A stretch of 63,871 nt of DNA, filler included, from Reclinomonas americana ATCC 50394 (GCA_048213135.1; 35 parts of 35 records of this genome joined end to end with filler, not necessarily neighbours in it); one strand, 5' to 3'. Shown: positions 24,064-36,594, counted from the whole stretch's first letter. Notes: generated by a model from the sequence alone, not told the origin. Numbers and translations: made by a program.

Positions 24064-24963
24064 TCAGCGGTCGTCGTATCCCCAGCGGATGCCGAGCGCG
24101 CCCGGACCGAAGTCCCGACGCGTCTGATGCACCGAGGCCTGCGGTCGGAGCGGGCTGTACTCCGTCCCGTCCGTCGACTCGGTCCGCTCGAGCTCGTCGA
24201 GCCAGTCCGGGACCGCGTCCTCATGGAATCGCGTCCACAGGACGAGGTCGCGGATGGGACGCACGACGAAGGCGCCGGTCTCGGGCTGCGAGGTGTACTC
24301 CCCGTGCCCTTCCATCGTGACCTCGATCATCGTCGTCGCGCCGAGCGTGAGCGGCTGGTCGAGCTTCAGCACGTATGCGTACACGTGCTCGCTGACGTGG
24401 AGGTGATCGCGGACCATCCGCGCCCCTCGTACCGTCATCTCCGGGCGGTCGATGGTGTCCTCCGTCGACAGCAGCGTGTACGTCACGTGGTCGACGGTCG
24501 TGGGGATCACGGACTGGATCAGGGTCTGGGCGGCGCGCCGGCGCAGGTAGCCGTCGGCGGACACATCTGCGATCACATGCGTCGAGAGCTCCCGGGTGAT
24601 GTCGAGCGGCGGCGCATCGAGGATCTCGAGCGTCTCGGACAGCGCCCGGGTGACCTGCTCCTCCGTGAAGGGGTTGCGGGGTTCGTGTAGCGCTCCCAGC
24701 CGCACCCGCTCCGGCACCAGGCCGCCGAGAGCTCCCGGCGGCATGCTGAGCAGTCGTTCGATGTCCTCGACGGCAGCGAGCGAGGCCGCTCCCTCGGGCG
24801 TGCGCTCCCCGGAGCGCCAGTAACTGAGGGTCGCGATCGAGACGGGGTTGGCGCGGGCGACCAGTCGGCGCTGCAGCGACGAGAGCGAGATGCCGCTCGC
24901 GGTGACCGCCGCTCCGAACGCACTGCTGAACGAGTCTCGTCCGTCGGGAACCTCCGCTGCCAT
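24064..24963 (-). CDS. Actinobacterial protein with N-terminal XRE-like HTH
   Basis: 299-aa ORF with a GAGG-type RBS. SLSSLQRRL....PVSIATLSYWRSGERTP is HTH-like. Confidence 0.7.
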   Translation of the reverse strand: MAAEVPDGRDSFSSAFGAAVTASGISLSSLQRRLVARANPVSIATLSYWRSGERTPEGAASLAAVEDIERLLSMPPGALGGLVPERVRLGALHEPRNPFTEEQVTRALSETLEILDAPPLDITRELSTHVIADVSADGYLRRRAAQTLIQSVIPTTVDHVTYTLLSTEDTIDRPEMTVRGARMVRDHLHVSEHVYAYVLKLDQPLTLGATTMIEVTMEGHGEYTSQPETGAFVVRPIRDLVLWTRFHEDAVPDWLDELERTESTDGTEYSPLRPQASVHQTRRDFGPGALGIRWGYDDR

Positions 24964-25110
24964 TCCAGCCTCCTCTCCCCGACGATAGTCCCGTCAGCGG
25001 TCGAACCCCCNNNNNNNNNNNNNNNNNNNNNNNNNNNNNNNNNNNNNNNNNNNNTTAATTAATTAANNNNNNNNNNNNNNNNNNNNNNNNNNNNNNNNNN
25101 NNNNNNNNNN

Positions 25111-26944
25111 GGTGCAACGTTTGCTGCAAGTAGCGAGTGAGAAAGAGACAATTTTGGCCTGTAACTAAAAGCAGCGCAGCTGCCACACGAACCTTCGCTA
25201 ATTGAGAATGTCTGGCTGTACACTCCGCCATGGCTGTCGTCCGTCTGCACTCGCACCAGCAAATTGTTACCCGTCAAGCCCGCGCCGCCTTGTACGGCCA
25301 CGAGCTGGTTGCCCGTGATAGAGAAGCTGCTTGCATTTGCTCCACCGGTGATGCTGTAGGTGAAGCTCTGGCAGCAATTGGCATCCGTGGTCGTAAAGGT
25401 TCCAACGACAGTCCCCGAGGGTGCGGGCACAGGTGTGTAAAGAAGTGACGACAGAGCGATGGCCGTGGGGACAACATTGGCTGCGGCAACGCGAGAGCGG
25501 AAGTGAGAATGAGAAAGGAACACAACGTGCAGTGCAAGTTGATGAGCAGCGCCAAACCTTCGTCAAGAACAAACGCCTTGCTGAATGTTCCACCAGCTCC
25601 ATCGTTGGTGCGAATGGTCACATGCAAGCTGTTGCCGGTGAGGCCATTCACGCTCGACACAAGCTGTGAGCCGACGATGGCGAACTTGGCCGCATCAGCA
25701 CCGCCAGTGATCGTGTATGTGAACGACTGACAGCAGTTGCCGTCGGTAGTTGTCAGCGAGCCGATGACTCCGTTCAGCGCCAGCGGTGGCGTGTAAGTCA
25801 GTGTCGACAAGGTAATGTCGGATGGAACGAGATTGACTGCGCGCACAATGTGAGCAACCAGAGTAGTCAAGACGCACCCGACAGCATCCACAACGCAACT
25901 TTCGTTGATGTAGAATGTCTTGTCAAACGAGCCACCGAAACCATCGGTGAGCCGCACAGTCACCTCGAGATTCATGCCGGTCAGACCACCCATTACGTTA
26001 GTCCGCAGTTGAGCACCGGCGATCAAGAACTTGGCCATGTCTGCGCCGCCGACCAAGCTGAAAACAAACGTTTGACAACAGTTTGCGTCCACGGCTGAAA
26101 AGTTGCCGACTGCCGTATTAGCAAAGGCCGGTGGTGTATACGTCGTCGAGTCCAGAAGAATATCCGTGGGAGGCATGTTGGCTGCGCGTGTGAACAGCGA
26201 GTGATACCACAATCAGCACCACACTTATCACACAAACCCGCACACCAACAAACAAACACACACGCTGCTCGCTGTCCCTCTCTCTCTCTCTCTGTGTCTC
26301 GTTCTCTGTACGCACACAAACACGCACCTTCAGAGAGCGTCAGCGTCTTGTCAAACGTCCCACCCGCACCATCATTCGTCCGCACAATGACCACCAGATT
26401 GTTGCCCGTCAGTCCCGCAACATTCACCCGCAGCTGACTGCCACTGATGTTGAACGACGCCGCATTCGCACCACCCACAATGCTGTACGTGAATGTCTGA
26501 CAGCAGTTCGCGTCCACCGTCGACAGCGTGCCCACAACAGTGTTCAGTGGCGCAGGTACCGGCGTGTACAGTGTCGAGCTGATGCTCACATCCGTCGGCG
26601 CAACATTGGCTGCGCCCACCACACCACACCAATCGTGTCAGCAGACATCACCCTCCCTTCTTTTTCCATATTTCCCCTCCCACGCACCTTCATCCACTGT
26701 AAACGTCTTCGAGAACGTGAGCGCCGCTGAGTCTGTCACACGAATCGTCACCACGAGCCCGTTCCCAGTCTGTCCCACATTCGACAGCCGCAGTTGATTG
26801 CCCGCAATGTTGAATGCAGCCGCATTTGCTCCACCAGTAATGGCAAATGTGAACACATCACCAAGATTGCCATCAACGGCAACCAGCGTCCCCACTACCG
26901 CATTCGTTGACAGCGTCGGCGGCACATATGTTGACGACGACAAC
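25111..26944 (-). CDS. Cadherin-like repeat protein, internal fragment, one repeat per exon
   Basis: Exons ..26688, 26609-26328, 26181-25900, 25836-25558, 25480-25193 and 25123..; all introns are GT-AG phase 1. Each exon reads N.APTDI.LS....VGTL...D....FTY.I.GG....F.I.G.QL......VRT.D..G..F.K.F...E. Confidence 0.85.
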
Positions 26945-27115
26945 NNNNNNNNNNNNNNNNNNNNNNNNNNNNNNNNNNNNNNNNNNNNTTAATTAATTAA
27001 NNNNNNNNNNNNNNNNNNNNNNNNNNNNNNNNNNNNNNNNNNNNTTCCCCCTCCTTCCCCCCTCCTTCCCCCCCTCCTTCCCCCCTCCCTCTCCTCTCCT
27101 TTCCCTCTACACGAG

Positions 27116-27495
27116 CAGTGGCATTCTGGATTCAGTGCGCGTTCGGATCAGCAATCTCACCAAGTCGTCGGTCACCGAGTACGACGAGTTCCAGGCGCTC
27201 TCCGCCACCTTTGACGGCGATCGACCGGGATTTGGCGAGACGTTGCGTGGCGTCTGCGCTCTTCTTCTCTTCCATCTCTCCGCACCCACCCACCTGTGTG
27301 CGCGCACACGTCTGTAGTGCGGCGGTGAATGCGGTGATGGACACGATTGTGCAGCCGTTGGTGACGACGCTGGATGAGCACGTGGAGGGCTTGTTGCGCG
27401 AGCTCGAGGCGTTGGCGGAGCAGGTGACGAGATCGTCGGATGCGATCAAGACCAAGGAGCGACAACTAGCTGCGACCACTGCGGCAGCTCGCTGA
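27116..27495 (+). CDS. 3' end of an uncharacterised two-exon coiled-coil gene
   Basis: Coding-like segments ...EFQALSATFDGDRPGFGET and AAVNAVMDTIVQPL...AAAR* flank a pyrimidine-rich intron. Confidence 0.4.
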
Positions 27496-27618
27496 GGCGG
27501 CGATCCCACCACAAGATGACGTGTTAGTGAGTAAGTGAGTGCTACATTATCTGATTTTTGTGTGCGGGCTGTGTAAAAGGAAAACAAACATGTATGCGGG
27601 AAACAGAGCGCCACACTC

Positions 27619-28878
27619 TCACAGATTGGCAAAGTGGTGCTTGAGTTGCGTGTTCTCCTGCCTGAGTTCCTTGATCTCTGCGAGAAGCGGGTCGATGCGC
27701 TCCACCAGTCGTCCGATCAGCGTCGCCGTCTCCATTTGGTGCTCGTGGAAGCACCGCAGCATCTCCATGTGCATGTTCTGAATGTCGTCGTGCACGGCCA
27801 AGCGGAACGACGACAGCGTGTCCTCCAGCGCACCCTGTACCATTTGCTGCTGGAACTCGCTGGCCATGTCGGTCGCACGCAGTGAGCCGCCAAATGAATC
27901 CAGGGACGAGTCCACGGCCGGTCCACTGCCGGATGCGGCGGCGGTAGTGACGGTGGAGGAGGGACCCGACAGCGCCTGCAGACGACGAGACCATGAGCAC
28001 ACTCACGCAAATACGAGTCAAGAGTGTTGCACTGGCTCACCCCATTGCGTGGTAACCGTGCCTGGTCGGCCGCCGACTGTCACACACTCGCGGTCAGCAT
28101 CGCACTCGCTATTCTCTGACTGCTTCCATGCACTCACCGGCTGACGACCGAGCATCTTGGTGGCCGAGTCGACTCGCCTTCTCCACTCACTCTCGTCCAC
28201 TGGCGGTGGTGAATTGCGCGCGCTGTACCGATCTCTGCACGCACAACGAGTACTGAGCATCACGCTTGCGCGCGCTCAAAAAGGCAGCACACTGCTCCAC
28301 ACCTCTCCGACGGCAAGTCATTCTTGTCGCGCGCACTCAGCATGTCGCTCCTCGAACTGTCGGGTGGCGACGCATACATCGACGACTTGTCGCTGGTCTC
28401 TCGCCAGGCGTGCACTGGCGACGTGCGCGGCAGTGGCGGTGGTGACGACGGTGCCACCGGCTGATGGGGTTTGCCAACCGAGAGCGGTCTCTCCTCGGCC
28501 AGCAGCTGACCGGACAAGTCAGCGGCGTGAGCTTGCGCGTCGAGATCGTACGGCGAGTGCATCGGTGGCGAGTGCATGGCCGACGGCGGGGAGGCGCGGT
28601 CCGGATCTCGCGACGAGGCCGATCCACCCGAATTCCCAAACGCACCATCGCGCGCAAAGAAGCTCGAGTACGGTCGTGCCGCCGCGCCACCGAAATCGCT
28701 ACCACTGGACGGCGCAGCAGCAGCAGCAGCAACAGAGGCAGAGGCCAGTGTTGACGAGGGCGACGTGCGGTAGCGAGCGTGAGGTAATACGTCAGCAGCA
28801 GCGGGATTCGACGGTGCGGCAGCTGCTGCACTGGAGGAGATGGAGCGCGTGTGTGTTGCGGCGGCTGTCCGCGATGCC
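27619..28878 (-). CDS. NEDD1: NEDD1/GCP-WD-like protein, C-terminal part
   Basis: ALEDTLSSFRLAVHDDIQNMHMEMLRCFH...LLAEIKELRQENTQLK matches the NEDD1 gamma-tubulin-binding tail (ETLDDFRxxxHRDIxNLQVEMIKQFH..LVAEIERLREENKRL). Confidence 0.85.
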
Positions 28879-29049
28879 NNNNNNNNNNNNNNNNNNNNNN
28901 NNNNNNNNNNNNNNNNNNNNNNTTAATTAATTAANNNNNNNNNNNNNNNNNNNNNNNNNNNNNNNNNNNNNNNNNNNNCACAAAAAGACCGACAAAGGAG
29001 CAGAAGCGGTCGATGCAGCCTCTGCGCATCGATCCTCTTTTTTCGCCTC

Positions 29050-30222
29050 TTAGCGGTAGCTCCTCGATCCGCCACCTCCGCCTGTCATGGACGAGGCCGA
29101 GGACGATGGCCCGTGCCCGCCACTGCCGCCTACGGCCGCCGCTGCGCCGGGGTGCGATGAGGCAAACGAGTTGGGTGTCCGCTGCAACTGCAGCAGCAGC
29201 GAAGGGTTCTTGATCTTGACGAGAGCGCTCATGTCGTTGAGACGCGCCTGCACCAGCGCCAGGCGCGTCTTGACCTGGTTGTAGCGGAAGGTAATCTCCT
29301 TGCGCACGGTCTCCTCGTCGCTCGCCACGAAGTCCAGCGACAGCAACTCGACAAACTTGTACTCCATGTTCTGAATAAAGTCGAGTTGTGCGGCGCCATC
29401 GCGGTGCACCAGGAGGACAGCGAGGTGGCTGTGGGGTGGGAAACAGGTCAGACGAGGGAGAAGGGAGAAGGGAGAAGGGAGAAACAACGGAGAAATGGAG
29501 AATGCAGATGGGGAAAAGAGACAGCTGCTTCAATGCAGTGAAGTGCAGAGGAGAAACGAGACATTCCTCTCTCTCTCTCTCTGTACAAGTGCGTGTGTGT
29601 GCGTGTGTGTTCGTGTGTGCTCCTGCGTGTATCTGCGCGTGTGTGCAAGTGCGTGCAAGTGCGTGTGTGTGTCACGACGAGCTGCAAACCTCTGTGGACT
29701 CTTGACACACTGGTTGAGCATGCGAATGAGGACTTGCGAGAAGTTGCCAAAGTCAATCATGAGCTTCTGCTGCTGCTGCATGCGCGTGAACTGCTCCTCG
29801 TTGCTGGAGAATGTGTAGTTGAAGAAGAGGTTATCCTCGCTGGTCAACTCCACGCGAATGTGCGTCACGCGTGAGTCAGCTGCTTGCTGTTATGTGTAAA
29901 AGAGAGAGTGAGCAAGGGGCGGAGAAGAAGAGTGTGAGAGCCGCTCTTGTGACTGACCAGTTCCAACACGCGGACTTTGATCTGTTCCAGTGAGCCCAAG
30001 TCGTGTGTTCCTTGCTTTCTCAGCTCAAAGGGAACCTCGCGATCGTACAGTGATCGGAAGCCATCCGCTGTGTGTGTGAGACAGAGAGAGAGAGACAAAC
30101 AGAGAGACAAACAGAGAGAGAAAGAGACAATGATGAGTGCGCGTGTGCATGCATACGCAGACACAGAGTGAGCACTCACCAAGTGAAGGATCAAACTCCT
30201 CAATGCCCGTGACCTCGTCCAT
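29050..30222 (-). CDS. SAS6L: SAS-6-like protein, multi-exon
   Basis: Spliced peptides DPSL..YDREVPFELR, ELTSEDNLFF, QKLMIDF..MLNQC and LDFIQNMEYKFVELLS..FRYN..KIKNPSLLLQLQ. No long coiled coil, as in SAS6L rather than SAS-6. Confidence 0.85.
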
Positions 30223-30703
30223 GAGTGTTGTGTGTGCGATTGCTGACTCTCGATTGTCCACTGGACAGAGCGAGCGAGCGCGGACAAATGGGACTGTCCG
30301 TGTCTGTCCCGTTTGTGTTTTGTGTGGGTGTTTTGTGAGTTGAGTTATTGTGATGAGTGTGGCGCCTTGGTTGCGGCATCCGTCTGTGGAGTACTTTTCG
30401 TATGATCCGATTGAGCGGGCGCAGTTTCGGATCAGTGTGCGGCAAGTGCGCGGGAAGGCGCAGAGGGTGCGGTGGTGGGCGGGAAAGGGGAAGGGAGAGA
30501 GAAGGGAGGCAGGGGGAGGGTAGACGCACAGAAGAGCAAGAGAGAAGGAAGAGAGACAACAGATTGAAGCAAATTGGCAAGATCAGAGAGAGAGAGAGAG
30601 AGGGAGAGAAGAGGAGAAAGAGAGAGCGATGGAAGGGAGACACGCCTTCACGCAGCAGAGAAGAGAAGATAATACAAAGACAACAGCGTGAATCAATCGA
30701 GTG

Positions 30704-30812
<109 letters not shown>

Positions 30813-30912
30813 NNNNNNNNNNNNNNNNNNNNNNNNNNNNNNNNNNNNNNNNNNNNTTAATTAATTAANNNNNNNNNNNNNNNNNNNNNNNNNNNNNNNN
30901 NNNNNNNNNNNN

Positions 30913-32203
30913 GGGCGGGTGTGTGGGACAGCACGCGAGGGGGATGGAGTCTCTTGCCTGGAACGGACAGGAGGCGAGGCAGCGGTGGGCGGTAGCGGCA
31001 GCCGGGGCGGCGCGTCTTCCTCCTGCGCCGGCAGCACCGGCGGCTCCGGCTTCTGCACAGCCGGTTGCGCAGCCGGGCGCTGAGTGGCAGCGAGGAGACA
31101 GCCTGCTGGGGCGTCATCGAATTGAGCTCGGAGCGAGTGGCGTCGGTTTCGCGCGACCGGTCCTCTCTGCGCCGCATCAGCAGCAGGACGGTCGGGCACG
31201 CTTGGAGCGAGCCGACTTCAGCCACATCGCTCAGCTCGTTCAGCAGTCAGTGCTCCGACAGAACGTTCGAGACGCACTGCAGGGCGTCGTCGACGACGCC
31301 CAGAAGATTACCTTTGGTTCAGGCGGCCTGACTGGGGCGGGGTACGCGAACGCTGACCACGGCCGTAGCAGTCAGGCGGCGAGGATTCGCATGGTGGCGA
31401 GCACGTCGGCGGTGGAGTTCGTCACAGCCACCTCAAGCGCGCTGCTGGGTGCACCGCCGGACGTGTGGCGTTACGAGGCGTTGGTCAACTCCACCACTGT
31501 GTCAGGGCGCAAGCAGCTCGACACTTTCTGCGGCCAGCTGGAGACCATGCTGGGCAAGTACCTGGTGTCTCGCTTTGAGGTTTTTGCCGAGGCGATGGCC
31601 AGTCAGTCGTGGTGGAACGTGTCGCGTGCGGAGGCCTCGACGGCCCCTGTTGGCGACACCGGCGTCGAATTGCGAATCAAGTTTATCAAGGTATTGCTCG
31701 AGTCGTTGTTGCTCGAGAAAAAGGGGGTGTACACGGCGCGGCTACGGGCGTCTACCGACGCTTCGAGCTGGGTGGAGTGTGCACGCGCCTTGCAGTCGGA
31801 TCTGTTGGAGACGGCGAAGGGTCAGTTGCTCAAGAAGGTGGCTAAGCGAGCGGCGGCAGTGGCTCTGGAGTCGATTGAGACTGAGACACGCACGCGGCCA
31901 TTCGAGGCCAAGCGCAGCCACCTCGCTGACAGTGAATCGCCATCATCGCCCGGGGAGCGGGTTGATGATGAGGAGGATGATGGCGACGGCGACTCGGAGG
32001 ACTTTGAGGACGATAGTGCGTCCTCATCGCCCGTGGAGTGGGTCGATGATGATGTCGGCGACAGTGACCCGGAGGACTTTGAGGACGAGGGTTCGTCTTC
32101 TTCGCCCGTGGAGTGGGTCGATGATGATCTTGGCGACTGTGACCCGGAGGACTTTGATGCGATCGTCGATGGTGCTGAGTCTCCCTCGGGTGGAGACGAC
32201 TGA
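30913..32203 (+). CDS. Uncharacterised intronless ORF with acidic C-terminal 25-aa repeats
   Basis: More than 420 open codons; SSSSPVEWVDDDVGDSDPEDFEDEG occurs in 2-3 copies with a 75-nt period at ~31940-32160. Confidence 0.6.
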
Positions 32204-32841
32204 GAGTGACTGTTGTCACAAGAACTGGTTCAGCAGTCGACCTTGTTGGGATACGCAGTCCTCGAGTCTCTTTTCGGCGATGGGATCGTTTTTCCACGCT
32301 GTGGATCCGTGTATTTTGTTTTCAAGGGCGGGATGGAGGAGTCGTATTTGGTGCTGTGGATGGCCATTCGGTTGAGTGTCGTCGAGTGAGGTTCGGCGGC
32401 ATCATTGTTGGTATCTCGGCTGGCTAGTGGCAGCACTGTGAGAGGAGTGACAGATGGAGACTTTTCTGTATAACGACGGAGGCAGTCATCCAAATGCTAA
32501 TAGTTTCTCGCAACCTGTTGGCGAGAAGCTCATTGCAGAAGGATTGCCGACGTCGTTAGACAGCTGTCGATTATCTCTCCATCTGTCACTCCGTCCTGCA
32601 ATCCATTGGATGATTGTTCCCGTGGTTTGCCGCCTTCGTGCGAGTGAACCACCTGGTGGCTTCCTCCAACCCCGATTCTCCCGCCCACCCTCCCACTTGG
32701 ACACTGCCGTTGATCGGTGTTGGGAGTCTTGGTGGTGGTGGNNNNNNNNNNNNNNNNNNNNNNNNNNNNNNNNNNNNNNNNNNNNTTAATTAATTAANNN
32801 NNNNNNNNNNNNNNNNNNNNNNNNNNNNNNNNNNNNNNNNN

Positions 32842-33892
32842 CCTGCGAGTAGCGTGGTGTCGCGGGGAAGCTGAGACGAGCATTCACAATGGCCATGGGG
32901 TACTCCTCAAAGGGCATCTTGAAGTAGGCCAGCTTGTACAGCAAGCAGCCGAGCGCCCAAATATCCGCCTTCTCGTTGATCGGCTTGCGCGAGTACAAGT
33001 CAATCATTTCCGGGGCGCGGTACAGTGGCGTCGTCTTCTTCTCGATCTCGTACTCGGCTTGCATGCGCTCGCGATTGTTGGTGAGGTTCTCGAATTTCTC
33101 AGTCGTGCAGCTTCCAAAATCGCACAGCTTGTACTTGCCGTCGTTGCCGACCAAAATGTTTTCCACCTGCAAGTGGGTTGCGGATGAGATGAATGCGGGA
33201 GAAGGGAGGAGAAGGGACGCGACGAGACAAACCTTCAGATCGCGGTGAATGACTGGCGGATCCTGATCGTGCAAGTGCGCCACAGCCAAGCACGTATCGT
33301 AAAAGATGCGCAGCACCTCCTGCTCCGAGAACCGATTGGTCAAGCGAGTGTTCATCACATCGACCATTGTGCCGCCTGCCAAAAGCGACCGGGGAGGGTT
33401 TAAGTCACACACAGGCACGAAGCAGCTGCGTGTTCCACATGCAATCACCTTCGCACAACTCCATCAGAATGTACACTTCCGCACCGCCGTCTCCTCGCGG
33501 CTTGATCTCCGCCGCATACATCTCCACCACGTATGCATACGAGCCAAACTTTTTCTGCACACCACAACAACACAGCACGCACGCACACGCACACATAGCA
33601 CACACATATCGCATGGAGAATGAATGAGCCAACCAACCCAACTGCCCAATGCTCGGTTCACCGCTGCCACACACACACTCACACACGAACCATAAAAGCG
33701 ATCTCATTCTTGAGGTCAGCAAGGACTTCGCGATCGGCGGCATTCATGCGCTTGAGAGCGTACACATAGCCGGTGGCACTGAAGAGATCATGACAACATT
33801 AGATATCGAACTGTGAATGCGTTGGTAAGTGAGGCAAGAGTGAGAGGGACGCAACGTGTCGACCGCAAGGTACACGACAGAGAAGCCGCCTG
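32842..33892 (-). CDS. Numb-associated kinase (AAK1/BMP2K/Ark1-like), multi-exon, partial; first exon not placed
   Basis: Spliced peptides GGFSVVYLA, YALKRM, EVYILMELC, PPVIHRDLKVENIL, KLCDFGS, EIEKKTTPLYRAPEMIDLY and EKADIWALGCLLYKL. Confidence 0.92.
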
Positions 33893-34889
33893 CGTGAAGA
33901 GCGAGAGAGCGTGAGTGTGACAGATGGGACATGTTCGTTTCGTGCAGTGTTCCTCTCTTGCCACAGCGATCACACAGACAGATGGACAGTGAGAGGGAGT
34001 GACACGCGTACACAGACAGAGACCGCGATCAGTGCGCGTGTGTGTGTGTGAGCTGATGACGACGACAGTTGCGGTCTCAAATTCGCCCAAGTAAGCAAGT
34101 GCGCATGGACGCACGCCACGCACGCACTGAGCAAGAGAGAGACAGAGACACACACATGGAGAATGCCAGAGAGGGAGAGTGACAAGAGTGTGAGAGAGCA
34201 AAGTGCGTGCTCAAGTGGCGGAGATGCATCACCGACCGTTTGAGCACGCCACCCACCCCACATCATACACACAAAAAATCACCTCCTCCTGGCTCATGCT
34301 CACTCTCTCACTCTCTGCGCGCGCACACTCACACAAACACACACACGTTCATCTATCTCTCACTCTCATCAATCTCTTACACAAAAAAATGTGCTCCATC
34401 AATCAACGTGTGACAGAGACTTGCCTTCTGCGAGCTTGCGCTGCACACGAATGGTCTTGTTGCCCACACGGAACGTCTGCCCAACCAAATCCATGATGCT
34501 GGCACACACGCACACACACACTCACTCACTCAAGAGAGACAAAGAGACTTGCACCGCACGCCTTTTGTCTTTCAAACGCGATGCTCTGTGGCGCACACGT
34601 GAGCTGTTGCACTCACACAGAGCAGCACCAGTGTGTGTGAGCACGCACCGTGAAAGTGACACACACGATNNNNNNNNNNNNNNNNNNNNNNNNNNNNNNN
34701 NNNNNNNNNNNNNTTAATTAATTAANNNNNNNNNNNNNNNNNNNNNNNNNNNNNNNNNNNNNNNNNNNNCTGCCTTTCCCTTTTTCTCTCTCTCCTGCCT
34801 TGCCCATTCGCTCTCTCTCCCTTTCCCGTTCCCTTTTCGCTCTCTCTCCCTTTCCCTTTTGTTCTCTCTCTCACCTTTCCCCTTCACGC

Positions 34890-35365
34890 AGGACCTCCTG
34901 TTGGATCGCACCATGCAAGCGGCGCTACAGCAACTCCCGAGCACCGCCAACTCTGTCATCCTCTTCCCCGACGGCACCTTCCGCTGCCCGCCAGAGTCGA
35001 ACGGCGGCACTCCGGCACGCTCGCGTCGCAAGCCGGGGCAAGCGCACCAAAACGTCCACAGCGACGACGACGACGATTACAGCGACGACAGTGACGACAG
35101 GAGCAGTCGACGTGCGCCGCCGCCTGCAACAGGCGGGCAGAGAGACGACGCAGAGGGTCACGACGCGGACGCTGAAGTTTACGAAGACGACGACGACGAT
35201 GAAGAGTTCTTGGAGAGCGACCGGTGGGACGGCGCAGAGGAGGCGGAGGTGGTCGACCTGTGCGACTTGGACTTTGCGCCGCCGGCGCCGTGGCAGAAGC
35301 CGGCAGCACCACGGCCGCCGGCGTCGGGCGAGCCGGAAATTATCGTGCTCGACGACTCGGACTGA
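34890..35365 (+). CDS. Final exon of an acidic protein with SIM-like motifs
   Basis: Follows a cgcag acceptor. VVDLCD and IIVLDDSD* resemble SUMO-interacting motifs. Confidence 0.5.
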
Positions 35366-35408
35366 TGGGACAGTGAATGCAATGCGATGTTTCTCGAATC
35401 ACTGCTCT

Positions 35409-36435
35409 CTACATTGCACTGATGCCGGCGTTGGGGAATGGCGGACTCAGATTGCCCGTGTAATGCTTGAGCTCCATGAAATGCACGGCCGAGGGGAACA
35501 GCGTCTGCGTCAGATCCCGATGAGCACGCGTCCACATGTGCAGCGTGTGATCTGTGCCGAGACTGATCGTGCCCTCAATCGCCCACTCGTCACTGACAAA
35601 GCACGTGCCGCTGACAAAATTCTCCAGATTCGTCACTGTGAACTCCCACAGCGGCTGCTCCCGATTGTACAGTGGCGACACGACCGTCGCACCTGAACCC
35701 CCCGACGAACTGCCCCTGCCTCCCGCCGCCGCCGCCGCTGCTCCGCCTCCGGCGATGGACGAAGTCACAGGTCGCATCGGCACCGCCGGCGTCGACACCA
35801 CCGATGTTGGCACACTGAGCATGTCGCCGGGCGTGAAGGTCGGCCGCTCACTCTGCTCCGCATCGCGCGAGTACTGCAACTGCGCCAACCGCGAGCGCAA
35901 CCTGCCCGTACACACACAATGAGATTGCGGAGTGGACGAGGAGTAAGGCGACACGGAAGCGCACCCCAGCCGACTCTGCGCCATGACCGGAATCACTCGT
36001 CCCTGTCCATGCCACATGACATCCTCCTTCATCTTGTTGGTCACAAAGATCTCCATGCCTCCATCGGCATCGAAGCGCACCACACACTGCGGCTGATCCG
36101 ACTCGGGCACAAACGACACGTAGGTGCCATACGCGCGCAACGTGCGGTATCGCTCCTCCGAACGTGCCGCCAGCACCTGACACAGACTGGAGAGGCCATA
36201 GAAGCGAGCCTCCTCGTCAAGTGCCTCTAACTCGGCTTGCGCCAGAGTGGACGGGAGAAGGCCTGTCACACAGACAACTCGTAAATGAGAGAGTGAGAGA
36301 GTCACTGAGTCTCTCGCTCAGTGATCACACCTGTTCTGAGATAGCTGAGAATGTGCGCGAATAGAGGCCCATCGCGATCAATGAATGGGATGCCGGCGTC
36401 GTCCACGTCAAGTGGCTCCTTGTCCATGATGTTTG
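35409..36435 (-). CDS. BTB/POZ (KCTD-type) domain protein, partial
   Basis: Spliced exons give DDAGIPFIDRDGPLFAHILSYLRTG and LDEEARFYGLSSL. Confidence 0.85.
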
Positions 36436-36555
36436 CTGAGACAGAGAGAGAGAGAGAATGAGAGTGAGAGCATTGGCAAACTGCCTTACATAATGACACT
36501 CTCACATGCATTCTCCCCTTCTTGCACATACACTCACACACACGTGCTTCCCTTC

Positions 36556-36594
<39 letters not shown>

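Noticed and set aside
13640..25010. Bacterial genes interleaved with eukaryotic genes as evidence of HGT
   Set aside because: Each bacterial block fills its own spacer-bounded contig with operon structure and no introns. Co-cultured bacteria are the simpler explanation.
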